A DNA stretch of 63,161 nucleotides, filler included, from Hyphochytrium catenoides (GCA_900088475.1; 9 parts of 9 records of this genome joined end to end with filler, not necessarily neighbours in it); one strand, 5' to 3'; positions 34,962 to 48,639 are shown, counted from the first letter of the whole stretch. Notes: a model not told the origin generated them from the sequence alone. Program-made: numbers and translations.

Positions 34962-36401
34962 TCAGGAAGCGGTTGCAGCGGTGAGGACCGCCAGATAGCG
35001 GGACGATGTGGCACTAAGGAACGGGAGGGGAACAAAGTGAGACCCTTTCGCTGCCAGCCGGAGCACAGGAGATTTGTGGCACACCTGTACTTCTGCGTCT
35101 GGTATAACAAGTGACTGCAACCCCGCCGTCCACTGCTCGTACGGGCACTGAGACTTATGTACAGCTTCCACCGAGATGGTGCGGGCGGTGCCATCGGGAA
35201 GCGGTAAACACACTTCGCGTTGTCCTTTACCTGGGACATAACCAGTTGGTTACCAGCATCTAGCTCCAGAGAAAGAGAGAGGATAACACTAGGAGCGAGA
35301 CAATGGAAGTGCAGCTATACTTGCCACGAGGCAGCTTAGACAGTACAGAGTACTGGTGAATAAGCAAAAGCTCATCGATAGAATACTGAGGTATAGCATG
35401 TGAGGAGTAGTGCGGTGTCAACGCGCGAGAGAAATTAGGAGATGCACAAGCCTAGACAGTGCTATTGATCAGACGTTTTTACCTGGCACGCAGCATGGAG
35501 CCAGCATTAGGATTGGCACACGCAGGTGGTCGTTGAACATTTGTATAGCACGCACGCTGAGATTCCTGCACAGGTGAATCCCCAGCAGCAACACAGGCTG
35601 CGCCTTCTGCTCGTGCTTTACCAGGGCTTGGAAGGCATCGCTGTGTAAATCAACCTTGAAGAATTCTAGAGGGATCAGCCCTTTCGTCCGTGTGAACACC
35701 TCCACATGCTGCAGATTGACCTGACCGCCGCCTGCAGCCCCAGAGTCGAGAAAGAGGACCGGGGAGTGGTCACAGAACGTAGGGAATGACATAGAGGCGA
35801 TGTCGGAGAAGGAAGGGCCTGAGAGGACGTTTTATATAGAAAGGGTGGAGAACACTGAACACTGATTACCTGCTTTAGCGGACTTGGCGCCTCCCACCTT
35901 CAGGTTATCAACGAGGACTATCTGCAGAGAGCAAGCCCTTGTGAGTCATAGAAGGAGGGCATGAAGCCGATTCAGGAGTCATGGCGTTGATACCTTCCTT
36001 ACTCTGGAAAGCGCTGGGTACCATGGCGTTAGAGATGCAATGCAGGCAGACAAGATACCCTTTCCAGAGCACAAGTCAAAGATTACAAGTTTCTCCTCGT
36101 CTTCGGTGCCAAGAACCCCGTGTAGGAGGAACCAGAGCGGCATCAGGCACTCTTCGATCTCCGTGAGGATGGTACGTTTATTCAGGAAGCTCCGCATGTC
36201 TGGGTCTGGGGCCCAGCGGTGGTACCATTGCTCCATCATCGTCACGCAGTTATGCACTAGTACCTGAAAGCTCTGTCGCTCTTCCTCACTGAAGGTACTC
36301 AGACCATCTATAGCCACCTTGCTCTGCGGGAGCAGGCGTATCGCACGCTGTATAGTGAACTGCCTACCCTTCGGCTGTTGCCCCGAGCCTTCTGCCTCCA
36401 T
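34962..36401 (-). CDS. Class I SAM-dependent methyltransferase (Methyltransf_32-like), multi-exon
   Basis: Motif I VIFDLCSGKG; LLGIHLCRNLS; MLAPCC; terminal-exon boundaries approximate. Confidence 0.78.
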
Positions 36402-36953
36402 CCCACCGCGCTACTTAGACCTTAAGGGCCTCCCAGTGCGTCACGCTGTCTGGCCGGACGTCTGGACATCAATCGATTAATAGACGAAGATTTGCCAATG
36501 ACAGCGCTGGCGCAACCAGCGCATCGCCCTCTACAATATGTGGGCCCGCACACCTGTAGTACGTGTGCTGTATCGTTCGGAACAGAAAGAGAATCAATCT
36601 ATTGCACAACGCTGTTAACAGATAGTTGTATGCTGGCCGTTAGCTGTATGATAACCGTTAGCGGTGATTTGGCGAGGCGTGGGCGGTAAGAGGACAAACT
36701 TCAAAAAGCATTCTTGATTCTTGAGATTTCCGGGTTCCTATTCTGAAGTGAAGCTTTTCCGAGGCCGATAGCAGCAATCTTTGGTTGAGATGATGGCGAC
36801 GGAGCTTCGGAAAAGGCACTGACAGCTGAAGCAGAACGTGGCGTGGAGGCCTATCCGGAGGCGATGAGTAAACCTGCCGATCAAGCATCAGTGTAGTTGC
36901 CGTTAAGGGCATTGGTCCTTGCTCGCTTGAGTCCGGCCGTTTCTCGAAGAAAG

Positions 36954-38974
36954 ATGGAGGAAGGAGCTCAGTCTGAGTCTGGCATGCAATGGAAGAGCTT
37001 TACAATCCTTCAGGAGCGGGGAATGGATGTTCGCTTGTTGAAATTCTGTCCCACCATGGACCTCATTGCCATCGTGACAGGCCCAGATCTTCAGTTGAGC
37101 ATTCTGGTATAATTCCTTCAACTTGTTAAACCTCTCTAGCCGAGCTTCTCTAAGAGGAGTCTCTATCCCTGTGCTTGGTGAACCTGCAGCGCTCTATCTC
37201 CTGGAAGAAGCTTTACACCCTAGAGGCAGCAGAACTCCCAGCAGAGCCGACGGTCCTAGAATGGAGTCCAGATGGTGGGGCGAAGCAATCTGTAGCTGTT
37301 CTAACAGGAAGCTTGCGCTCTAATCAGCTTTGCAGGGAAGTGCCTGGCTATTGGCCACGCTGACGGCACTATCTCTCTGTTTGATGTTGATCAGGTAGGC
37401 ACTGATTGCACCTGCTTCTCCTTGACCCTCAAGTGGTGCTTCTGACGATGGAGTTCTCTGCTCAATAGGGAGATATCGCGTTGTCAGCCCCTCACAAGCC
37501 AGGGCAGGATGAGGAGGATGGTAGTCCTGTCACGCTAATGCACTGGGCCAGGAGGTGTGAAAAACTAATTGCTAGCCCTTGTCGCTCTCCTTCAGCTGCC
37601 CTGACGGGCTTCTCACAGCTCCAGACAGACAGGCACAACGGCCGATTCCTCAATGTCTGACAGGACCAACAAGTTTCTGAAGGGTCCTGTCTCCTTACAC
37701 GAGTCACCTCTTACCGCCAGGGGCCGAGAATACGCCGTGCTTCCGCAGGTTTTTTCCTCTCTCTCTCTCTCCCTCTTGCTCTCTCTGTCTCTCTCTCTGT
37801 GTCTCTCTTCTCGTCCCTCCCTCTCTCTCTCCCTCGCTTGTCTCTCTCCCTCCCTACAGAATGCTCTTTCATTGGGCTATCCTCCTCGTTGTCCCCGAAC
37901 TTTGCATGATGTCTATTCCGTTAGTCTTCTTGCTTAGAGAAGGTGACAATCTGCCTGTAGGCTCCCCATACTCTGGATATCCTTGTGACGTTAGATGCGG
38001 CCGGTTTGATGGTCTTCAGATCGTTTGGAGAGGTTTGTCTGGCCTCCTTCGATACGACTAGCACCTTTTCCTTTTCTCCTTTTGCCGGTACGTAGACGCA
38101 TCTCTTCACCTGTCAATCCGAGGCTTCGCATCTAATGTCTGTTGGCAGGAAGCGGACTTACCATCCAGAACCTAGCCTTCAGCGGTGACTTTAGCTCCCT
38201 GCTGGTGACGCTCTCCTGCAAGGAAGAGGCCAAAGACAAGGGCCAGATATTCCTATGGAGTCTGGTCCGTCCGCCAAGCATCTCCTTTATTTTCCTTTCT
38301 TTCTCTCATGCCTGCTCGCACTTGGTTTAACTGTCACGTTCTTCTTGCGCCGCGTCTCTCTGCTTTCTCTTTACTATTTCTCCAGGATACGCAGCGGATA
38401 CGAAGTCATGTCAACGAACTAAAGATATGCAGCTTCCACATCGGTGAAATTTCTAAGACTTTGCTGTACATCCAGAAGGCCGCGCGGATGATCAGAGACA
38501 AGGTTCTTACTGCAGAGCCCTCGCACCGTTTCGTCTTGGTCTTCCCGTCCCTTCCCTCTTTCGCATGCCACTCTAGGATTAATCTCCTGCCAAACGGTCC
38601 CCTTGTAATATGACGCTGTGTGTTTGCAGTGGGCGGAAGCCTTCAGGATGCCCGATAGGAAGTTTGCCAGTTTGGCTAGCCTACTCAAGGACTACGGAAG
38701 CACATCCACCCCAAGCGTAAGGATCCTGAGAGAGTCCCGTGACCTAATCTTTTGCCTTGTATTTTAACTCTAATTGGCGACCACTGTTTCCTTAACTAAT
38801 GTACCGCTTGACGCTTTCACTTGGCAGATAGAGTTCCTGAATTATGTGATGACCGGATTTCCTAGCCCCGCTCTCAACCAGTTCTTGTCTCAGAATGTCT
38901 CAGACCAGGTGCTCTCCCATCCAGACAAGATATACGATACTAGAACTGGCCACAAGTTCCTTTCTCTCTTCTCT

Positions 38975-39025
<51 letters not shown>

Positions 39026-41777
39026 GCCCGTATTCTTTGTTCTGCCTTCTTTTCAATAGCCATGGACAGAAATATGCAGCAATCATTCATTTATCGATGG
39101 CTATCCTGTGTAGGGCCTTAGCAGAACTTTCAAGATGTTAGACTCCGGTATCTCGACTGTGGATAACCTGGTAGGCCCGTAGTGCTAACATTGGACTCCT
39201 CCGTCTCTCTCTCTCTTTATCTCTCTCTATGTCCCTTGATCTGCTTGGATTTTCTGTCTAAGTGGGTGCTGCTCTAGATTGTGAAAATGAAGTGCGCCAT
39301 CGAGGTCGTGCTCTTCCGATTGGGGGAGCTGAGCGGCTTGGCTCGTTGGAAGGCTCGCTTCAAGGTGAGGAGGCATCTTCCTGCCATCGGGTGGCTCTGA
39401 GCTAGATAGATAGAACCCAGCAGAAGAGACGGAGCGAATTAATTAGTCGTCTTTTCTATCAAGGCAGATGGGTTGGGAGGCTACTAAAACAGGATACTCC
39501 CATCTAAAGATGGCGTAGTATTGCCAGCAAGGGAAGGCAGACTCTGTCTGCAAGAGTGTGCCCGGAAATGTGAGACAGCTAAGAGATAGAGGCCAGCAGT
39601 TAGTTGAGAAGCCGGTAGATGAACCTTTACTCTTAGTCTTCTGACTGCCCCAAAGGTTCTCGGTCTGCAGGAGACTCAGATGTCAGCCCTTGTGCGCGTT
39701 GTCAAGCTTCTTATGATCGCTGTAAGTGCGCGCTGTCTCTGTGTTGGCCGTCTTCACCCTGATAGTCTCTTCTGAGCGTCTTACGCGTTCTCTACCGTGA
39801 ATCTTAGGCGGAGAACCTACTGATCGCAGTAAGGGAGACAAGGGCAGATGTAACCAACTTCCTAGGCTGGCTAATCAAGGTGACGCGCAAGGTTCAAGGC
39901 AAGTTCTTTCTTCTCTCTTGCTTTAGGGCCACTACCTTCTGCTTTGGATTGTCCCTTATTTCCTCTCTTGGCTAACTTGACTGGCCCGATAGGAGAAGAG
40001 CGACCAGGCCAGGCACCGATAGTGGTAAACCTCGAGCTTCTAACAAAGTTCTTCCGAAAGACATTGAACGCTGGGCCCGGGGAGTCGATGCTTCATGTCA
40101 ATGTTACACAGGTAGGAGCCGCTTAAGGAGGTCCAGCTCCTGCCCGCTCTCATGCTTTCAGCATGCTTTATTCCTATCCTCTTGAATGGTCCTAAACCTG
40201 CATCGTACTGGTCGCACGACCCTTCCTTCCTTTCCAGGTCGAGTATGTGACTGAGGGTTCCTTGGCCTGATTTGTCCTTCCCTCTGTATTGTTGTGGCCT
40301 CTAGCACTTTAATTCTTCCACCATGGACAAGCTGATTGAAGAAGTAGAATTGCCGTTCATTGACCAGAGTCCAGACCGCCCACTCTCCAGACTGTCTCTT
40401 CAAAGCGCGGTAGAGTTTCTTCCCTCTTTGTTATACTGAGTTCCGCACTATCTCCCTTTCTCTCTCTCTCTCTCTCTCTCTCTCGCTCGCCATCTGTGTT
40501 CGTGTCTCTCTTTGTCTCCTCATCTTATCTCTTCTCTCCCTTCTGCGATTCTTACGGTTCTCCTGGGCAGTTGAATAAGCTGCAGTGCCTGTGGACTGAG
40601 GCTTCAGGGGTGCTTATGAAGTCCATCGCTGACTCTTTACGATGGAAGGAAGACCCTCTGCCTCTTGGAAGCGGCGGGTCAGGTAGCAACTTCCGTTCCC
40701 ACTTCCTCTTTTTAGCCCTTCTAATTAGTCTTCTCCAGTCCTCCGCATGTCACAATCTTTGGCTGTCGCCGGGAGGCCAAGACCGTCAGAAACGCATGGT
40801 GCTGGTCACCTTCTAGGCCTCAGCCTAGGGAATGGCTCCCAGGCCGCTGAAGAGCTAGCGATTATTCGGACGCGGCATGAAAGTGATGCACAGCGGCATG
40901 AAACTGGCATCCGAGGCTCCTGCATTGTGGTTGAAGCGTGCCGTTTGACCTTAGGAGAGGAAACAAAGCTGGTGCGCGTCCGTGCTCCCTGAAAGTTTTG
41001 CCTCTACGTCCATTCCTCCTGCCGTTCACGATTCCTCTACTATGACATCTGAACACACCTCCGCCGCTGCGTTTTAGTTGGACTTTGACTTTTACTTGGC
41101 GGACGCGAGCTCTTCGGGAGCGCTAGCCAACCAGGAGCGCTTGTTGATCCTGTTAGGGGGCTCTTCATCTGGTCTGTGCCCCCACCAACGGTTGCCCATG
41201 TCGGAACTTCTCACTTTCCTCCCTTATTCTACGATAAATCTCTCCTCTCGCACTTCTGGGTGCAGTTTCCTTGGCGTCAATGCCACTCGAAGACCTACAC
41301 TTCGTGCCGCTCAATGTGGGAAAGGGGCGTCAAGACGTCGCTTCCGTCATCCAGAGCTGGCAGACGGTAAGCCGCAAGCTGGAATGTAGGAAACTATTGT
41401 ACACGCTGATCTAAGGCCATTTATGCTCCTATGTACACAGCTTTCACCCGCCTGGATGCGGCCCAGCTTCACACAGCGCAGGTAAGCATCAGCGCGACTT
41501 CGTTTCATCTCTTTTTTATCTTGTTCTGAGTCCATCCTACCCAAGTGCTACGTTTTTATCTCGTACATCTGAGAAACATCCGTTGGCCCGGGCTCTTTGT
41601 CCCTGAGACTAACTCCCTTTGAACAGAACTTTCGCGGACGGCGAGCTGGGTGTGCCTGCTCTAACAGCTTGCGGGCCTAGGGGTGTCTGCGCTATCATCT
41701 CAGCTACCTCTAGAAAGATGATCCTAATCGATGTAGAGGAAGATGAGGACGAAGAGGAAGACGCAGAAGAAGAGTAA
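36954..41777 (+). CDS. ANAPC4: Anaphase-promoting complex subunit 4 (many exons)
   Basis: FCPTMDLIAIV; SWKKLY; LEWSPDGKCLAIGHADG (ANAPC4_WD40); SPALNQFL; LGELSGLARWKARF; acidic C-terminus LIDVEEDEDEEEDAEEE*. Confidence 0.9.
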
Positions 41778-42267
41778 ATGGCCAGCATCCCGGCATCGAA
41801 GCGTAACCTCTTCACCACTTCTCTTAGAAAGAACCAATAACAGCACACTTTCAGGTACTAAGGCGCAAACGATGTTGCCATCTTTTTAGCGACAGCTATT
41901 ACTCCGGCGTAACAGTATATAGGGCGTACAGGATGGGCGACGAGACAGCGAGAGAAAGCCACCAACACACCAACGAGGGCAAGCGAGGGCCTAGCTGTCA
42001 GGGACACACAGAGGAAGCGAACTCCCTTCCTCCAGCCCATCTTGGCATGCAGCGGTTGTCCCTCTGCACTGTCAGATAGGGACCCCAATAAATAGAGAGA
42101 GCCTTGCAACCATGCTGAGTATATAGCTGAGCCTTTTAGACCTAGCAGGAGCACTATCAGGGCAATATTTGGGACATGTAGGCTGGCAAACTAGGAAGAC
42201 TGAGTACCAAGGTATACGCCAAGGGCGATGAAGAAAGATGCGCATCGATAAGGAGAAAGGTAAGATT

Positions 42268-43443
42268 ACCTTTTTGGCGGCGCTGCTGTTGCCTGCACCT
42301 TTGAGGGGAGCAGACTCAGACTTGACTGCCTCGCTGCCATCAGGTTGTGAGCATGGGGAGTGTGGAAGAATGAAAGAGACGGTGATGAGTGGAGAGACAG
42401 AAAGTGTCTTTTATAAGTATATCAAGATACACTGCTCTATTATTACAATGTGAGAAGTGGAGAGAAACAGAGACATAAATTATGGTCAGTCGACTTTCTC
42501 TCACCTGGACCCCGTGCCGACGCCTGCATCCGTTGACGAGCCGTTGACGCCAAAGGAGGCGACGAACGCCTCTCTTGAGACATCAAAGGTGATCGGCGCG
42601 TTACTCTCACAGATCATCAGCTCGAACACTGACTGCGAATCCTATGCGAACACACGGCAGAGAAGAGAGCATGGAAGCATATGAATTTTAAGGCGGGAGA
42701 ACCAAGAGAACGGACGCGCACAGAGGCGCCATCAGCAGGACACAACGCAATGTGAGCGAGAGAGAAAGCGAACGAGAGATAGCGAGCAAGAGTCCAGAGC
42801 TTGGGGAAAGAAGAGACTATCCCGCAAGTGCAAGGAAACGGAAAGAAGAGACAGGAGATCACCTCTTTCGAGCGAACAGTCAGCTCAGTCCAGGGCTCTC
42901 CCTCCTGTTGCTCTCTCTTGAAGGCGTAAGAGTTCCTCTTGGCGGCCATCGCTCTTTCTGAAGGTCGCCGCTTGTAAACAACCTGGAGAGGCTGCATCTC
43001 TGGCTTCTTGTCTTCCTTTTGGCCCTTCTCCTCTTCCATTTCATCGTCATAGTCCTCTGCAATGGCACTCAGTCGAGTCAGAGCGGACTGAGACAATCTT
43101 GGGAAAGAGAAGTAGCTAAAGAAGGAGAGAGAGAGGTTGCGATAAACAAGAAAAAGAAGACAAGGTCTAAGGGGAAATGATGGCCAAGTTACGGGAGCAA
43201 GGAGAGGAGAGGAAGTGATTGGACGCTGGATATGCGCAGCACGTGAGGAACCGTACACTCAGATGAAGAGAGAAAGAGTGTAGATCAGCGCTCAAAGCAA
43301 GAGACCAAGGCGAGCGAGGGACAAGGAGAAGGAAAGCGGAAAGAGAGAGAGAAGAAGAGATTCAAAGAGAGAACTAAGAAATATCGAGTGTAGGGGGAAG
43401 GGTAGAGACAAAGAGAGAGAGAGAGAGAGAGAGAGCGAGAGCG

Positions 43444-43481
<38 letters not shown>

Positions 43482-43809
43482 CCCAAGAGAGATGACACCA
43501 GGCACTGCGTAGAAATGAACGAAACCCTTAAATGAAAGTCAGGCAAGAGGACCTACCGATGCCTTCCTCTTCCGCTCCATTCAAGAAACTCAAAGTTGGA
43601 CGCATCTGCAGCACGCTCTCCACAGGCGTCAGGTGCAGCTCTCCTGCCAACAGAAGAGTCAGCCCGAGAAAATCGAGGCTCTAGGACCTTCCAGGACAGA
43701 GAAAGTACTCAGGAAAGGACAATAGACACGAGAGACACAAGCACAGAGAAAGAGAGAGAGAGAGAAAAAGAGAGAGAGAGAAAGAGAGAGAGAGAGCAAA
43801 CATGATGTC

Positions 43810-43850
<41 letters not shown>

Positions 43851-44152
43851 GAAGACGCCAGCATGCGAGCCACGCACCTCCTCTAAGGACACCAACGGCA
43901 TACTGAGTAACCAGCGGCACTGTTCTTGAGTCCAATGCGAACTTGGTGATCCTCTTCTTCCCCTCGATCTCTGAGTCGTAGAACTCACTCTGCGTGTCCA
44001 CCGCATACTCGAGCTCCACCAGCCGGTGCTGAGGCTTAAAGCGCGCGGCGCTGGGAGGGTCCAGAGGCCGATACGTTGGCCGGAGAGGGTACTGGAGGAC
44101 AAACCTGGTCACGTAAAGTGGAGGGGGGACGCGGTATTGAGAGACAAGAGAG

Positions 44153-44188
<36 letters not shown>

Positions 44189-44621
44189 NNNNNNNNNNNN
44201 NNNNNNNNNNNNNNNNNNNNNNNNNNNNNNAACGAGGAGAGAGAAAGAGATGGAGGTGCAAAAGAGAGAAAACAGAGAGCGAGTGGGAGCGGCAAAGGAG
44301 CAAAGAGAGGCAGGTATCAACGAGCTCGGTAGACAGAACCCAGTTCGAGCGAGCATCATATGACAGGAGAGAAAAGAAGGGAGAGAGAAGAGAAAGAGCG
44401 AGGAGAGAAAAGAAGGGAGAGAGAAGAGAAAGAGCGAGGAGAGAGAGACACACACAGGGAGAGGAAGAGAGCGAGGAGAGAGAGGGAGATAAAAAAAGAG
44501 AGAAAAAAAAAGAGAGAGAAAGAGAAACAAGAGCATACAGCTTCTCCTTCAAATCTTCCGAGAGAAAGACGTCAATCTCTCTCTCTACCGGATCATCCTC
44601 AAACTCTTCGGCGGTGTCCAT
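42268..44621 (-). CDS. POLR3E: RNA polymerase III subunit RPC5/Rpc37 (Sin_N domain), multi-exon; 3' end uncertain (may extend to ~41855)
   Basis: EDDPVEREIDVFLS; LQYPLRP; ARFKPQHRLVELE; QYAVGVLRG|GELHLTPV..LQMRP; SYAF...EGEPWTEL. Confidence 0.88.
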
Positions 44622-44859
44622 CGCCTCCGTTGGCGTTGCCTGCTGCCTCCTGGAGGCTGCCTCTTGAAGATTCTGCAGATAATGCTGAAGCTGAAGAAGA
44701 GAGTTGCTTGCTCTCTCCCTNNNNNNNNNNNNNNNNNNNNNNNNNNNNNNNNNNNNNNNNNNNNTTAATTAATTAANNNNNNNNNNNNNNNNNNNNNNNN
44801 NNNNNNNNNNNNNNNNNNNNTCTTCGCTGGGAGACGTATGACCTCATAATAGTGGACAC

Positions 44860-45130
44860 TGGAGTTAGCCAAAAAGTATACACAATCACCTGCATTCCCT
44901 AGTGAATCCGGTAGTAGCCGGCTGCTTATTACAGCAGGCTTGAAATGGAGGCGAAATAAGAAGTCCCGACCAGCCATAAATGGCTCTAGACATTGGATGA
45001 CGCTCTAGCCACATTATTTCTCGGGATCGATCACTCTTGTGCAGTTCCTACTTTTGTTGCCTTTTAACACAACAGTTGACCCCGTGGCCTTACAGTTGAT
45101 CCTGGAGGAGTGAGAAGGTTTGCAGGTGAA
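44860..45130 (-). mobile_element. Possible highly decayed Gypsy-type RT remnant
   Basis: Minus-strand fragments IDPEK and AGYYR in the expected order; otherwise broken by stops and frameshifts. Confidence 0.2.
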
Positions 45131-45635
45131 GCAGAATAAACTCGTTCTCAGCCTTTGGTGCTGCTTCAGTTGAAGAAGCACCACCACTACCTTCCTGTTG
45201 GGATCACAACAAGGTTGTCATTAGGTCCTAGGGTAAGGAGAATGCACAGTCTTCCAGATGAAGTGAGCCACGTGGTAGAAACGGGGACGAGAAAGTTGAC
45301 GATGCCGCCGCCTTCCATTGCTTCTTCTCGTTTGTTGTTGAAAAAGAGTTAGCTCAGAAAAAACCCCTTTGGCAATTGCCTAATAATCGGGATTCTCTAC
45401 TTCCTCCGGCGATAATGATGGTATGGTTCTTCTATTATAATATCCCAAGTACGGCTGCTGCCCCTCACCAGCCCACTTCTTCATCTCCTCCGACACAAAA
45501 GTAAGGGCTCAACCTTCTTGAGACTGAGAGGTAAAGTGTCCCTACCCAGATGCCCTCAAGGAGTTCACTGTCAGTAGCAGAGGAAGGCATTATCACTGTG
45601 GTTGTGTTATATAGAATGATAGCGAGTCAGGCAAT

Positions 45636-46215
45636 TAGCTAAGTCTTCGCTCCCGCTGGTCAGGGCCTCGTTCAGCTCCGAAAGCTTCGCAGAGGAAGAC
45701 TTTTGGCGCGACTCTAAGGAATCTTCTCTCAGATAGAACTTTATTGACTGATTGAATTGTTAGCAAGGACAAATAATAGTAGACCTGAGGGAGGAGCGGA
45801 GAGGAGAAGGGTGAGGGAGAAGAGAAGAAGGGATAGAACTAGAGATGAGAGCAACGTCCTTTTTCGTAGTAAGAGCTATTACTACGCTGATTGCCGACGA
45901 TCGGCCCAGAAGACTCCGTGTAGTATAGAAAAGGAGTGACAATGCGTATAGCTAAGTCATCGCTTCGGCTGGCCAGGCCTCAGCTCCGACATAGTTTCGC
46001 AGAGGAAGACTTCTTGGGCGATTCTAAGGACTTTTCTCTCAGATCAGACTTTATTGACTGATTGGCACTGTTAGTAAAAGCAAACCGATCCAGGGAGGAG
46101 CAGAGAGCGAAAGAGGAAGAAGAGAAGGGATAGAACTAGAGATGAAAGAAGAGCAGCCTCCTTCGTAGTAAGCGCTACGCTGATGATAGCCAAATATTGG
46201 CCCAGGAGACTCGGA
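45636..46215. repeat. Diverged tandem duplication, unit ~310 bp (45636-45920, 45948-46215)
   Basis: Shared GCTAAGTC..TTCGCAGAGGAAGACTT..TCTCTCAGAT..ACTTTATTGACTGATTG..GGGATAGAACTAGAGATGA..GGCCCAG. Confidence 0.88.
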
Positions 46216-46522
46216 CTACTCATCTTCGTCGACTAGTTCCTCTGAAGGCCGCGGCGTTCCCGCCAGCGCCTTCTCCTACCCACCTCCTGGCCCCCGCGCT
46301 AGCTCCAACGATAAAGCGAGAGATTGTCGTTCAGAGGAGTATATGGTACTTCTACACGGAGTATACACATATAGCACTCGGACTGCTCATCTTCGTCGGC
46401 TAGTTCATGTGAAGTCGCGCTCTCGTGAGCGCTTTTTCCTATCCACCTCATGGTCCCCGCTTGTCCCAAGAGATAAAGCGAGAGCTTGTAGTTCAGAGGA
46501 GTATATGATGGTACTACGCGCG
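46208..46522. repeat. Diverged tandem duplication, unit ~168 bp; a further partial copy at ~47514-47590
   Basis: ACTCGGACT.CTCATCTTCGTCG.CTAGTTC ... GATAAAGCGAGAG..TGT.GTTCAGAGGAGTATATG repeated. Confidence 0.85.
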
Positions 46523-47779
46523 ACCGAATGCTGCTACAACACGTGTAACACCCTTCTCTTTGGGAATCTTCGCGGGGAAGAACTAGTAAACATCCTCCAC
46601 TGCCATCGTGGCAGGATAGTTGACTGTGAAAGCAGCCCCTTCTTAGTAGTGATTGCACCTCTTGTCAGCTGAGAAGAGCAAAAGTAGTAACCTCCTCCAC
46701 TGCCGTTGTCGTGACAGGACCGTTGATCTACTGTTTTTTTTTCCTTCGAAGACAGGAGTCCATAGCAGCATCGTTGACGCTTGTAAGGAAGGAGCACTTC
46801 TTCTGCCGACCAAGCCCACTACATTTAGTTTACTTGGCATCTCAGAGATGGAAGCAGGATAGAAGAGAGCTCCAGCAGCTGTTTCTTCTTGTGTGCTTGG
46901 AAGCGATGCTTCAGAGTCTGTCGAGAGAAAAAGAAGATGAGAGAGTGATGACCAGAGATTCCATTTATAATATGGAGGAGGAAGTGCTTTTCCAAAGTAA
47001 AGGTGATGGACAACCCCTCGTCATGATGGCTTAAAGAATTGCTGCTCAACACCTCCTTTCCTGCGGAGGAGTTCGTGGGGGATGGCCGGAAAACTGGGCC
47101 ATAGAAAGCTCAGTAGCCTTGGATCGTTGAAGGCGCGGCTTCCAGCAGCATGAAAGCCCGCCAGTCCTCCAGATAATAATAAAAGAACCTCTCACTCGGC
47201 CTGCGGGTGAAGCACGAGTTCTTTTAGACAGATTCACAACACGAGGACAGTCCCCAACAGAAAATTCCGTGACTCCGCTTAGAAGAGAGAGGACCGAATT
47301 GTCATCGCACGCATAAGAGAATAGTACGTTTCAATCTTTATCAGTCATCATGTTCTTCCAAGACTATGAAGGCAGCCACCAACCTATCCGAGACCCCGTC
47401 TGAATACCCTGACTGGGCAGCAGCAACGAGAGACCTAGCGGAACCGACTGGTGGTTAGCCCACACGCACCCATCATTTGGATGATGAGGCAGGAGTAGGT
47501 GTGATGTTTTGCTCCAAGAGATAATTAAGCCAGAGCTTGTAGTAGTTCATTCAGAGAAGTGTATGGTACTACACGGCGGAGTATACACATCAAACAGCAG
47601 GAGACAGCTTCATAGGGTGAGGGCTCTTCTACGATGTACGATAATAGACCTATAAACAGTAGTCCGATACCATCTTCTGCCGTCGGCTTAGTTCTTGCTA
47701 CCAACCCACAGTACAGCAATACCATCATTGGCTCCCTTGATCGGGTCCGTCAAACACTTCAGGTATCACTGACAACTGA

Positions 47780-48555
47780 GCAGCTGTGGGCTTGTCCCTT
47801 AATCTGTAGAGGTGTGAACTTTGGCGGGCCTCACCACCTCAGCGCTTAGGATGGCCGAACTTTCCTGCGGATATTGTTCGCTGTCCCATGGATTTTATGG
47901 GGATTCTTGGTTGCCCCGTGGGTCTATCCAGTACACATGGGACTACCTCCTCCGCAAGCTAGAGCGTCTGTAGGACATCGACGTTGCACTAGATGCTATT
48001 TATGATGCCGCAAATTGAGGTGTGCCTCTTTCGAGGTTGTCTAGGATACGGCAGGGCCAACCATCTGCTGCCGACATGTTCCCCTCAGTTTACTCGTGCC
48101 TTTCCAGAAAGGTTTGATCAACGGCTTCTTTCTGTTCTCCGCTCCATCCTTCGTCGTAACCCAGCACTGGAAGATTCGGCCTGGCTCCAGTCTGACTTCC
48201 CATATGACTGGGAGGTGTAGGCGTGAGCATCAGGCAGACGATTCTCAAAGAAGCCTCTATCGGGTGTAGGGTGCAAAGTCGGGATATCTGTGGAGCTATT
48301 CTTCATCGTCCTCCTCCGGATGCCTTCGGCTCTGAGGACCTTCGCTTGGCCCTGGCTGCCCACAATGCGGAAGTAGACGGTAATAAAACCCTAGATGAGC
48401 TCGCTCTTCCAGTCTCATGGCAATGTCAGAAGCTGCTGTCTGAGGTGGTCTGGGCTTACAAGCGAGATCATCTACTCGCCCAAACGATTCGCCTTCGAGA
48501 TCGAGCACGGCTAAGGGCGATGAGTATGAAGCAAGCGGGAGCCTTTCTAGACTCT
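47780..48555 (+). mobile_element. Decayed CRE-clade (restriction-like endonuclease type) non-LTR retrotransposon fragment: end of RT and thumb
   Basis: GLSLNL*RCELW; GILGCPVG; CLFRGCLGYGRANHLL; FDQRLLSVL; AWLQS(E)LPIRLGGVGV (frameshifted); DRARLRA..QAGAFL. Confidence 0.8.
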
Positions 48556-48639
48556 CTGAGGCTCAAAGCCCGCAATGGCCAAGTCAACCTGGGCGATGAC
48601 CATTAGCCGTTGACCATTATGTAATAACCTGTCGAGAGG

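Noticed and set aside
45636-46522. CRISPR-like or regularly spaced array
   Set aside because: Units are long and diverged with no constant repeat/unique spacer pattern; eukaryotic context.
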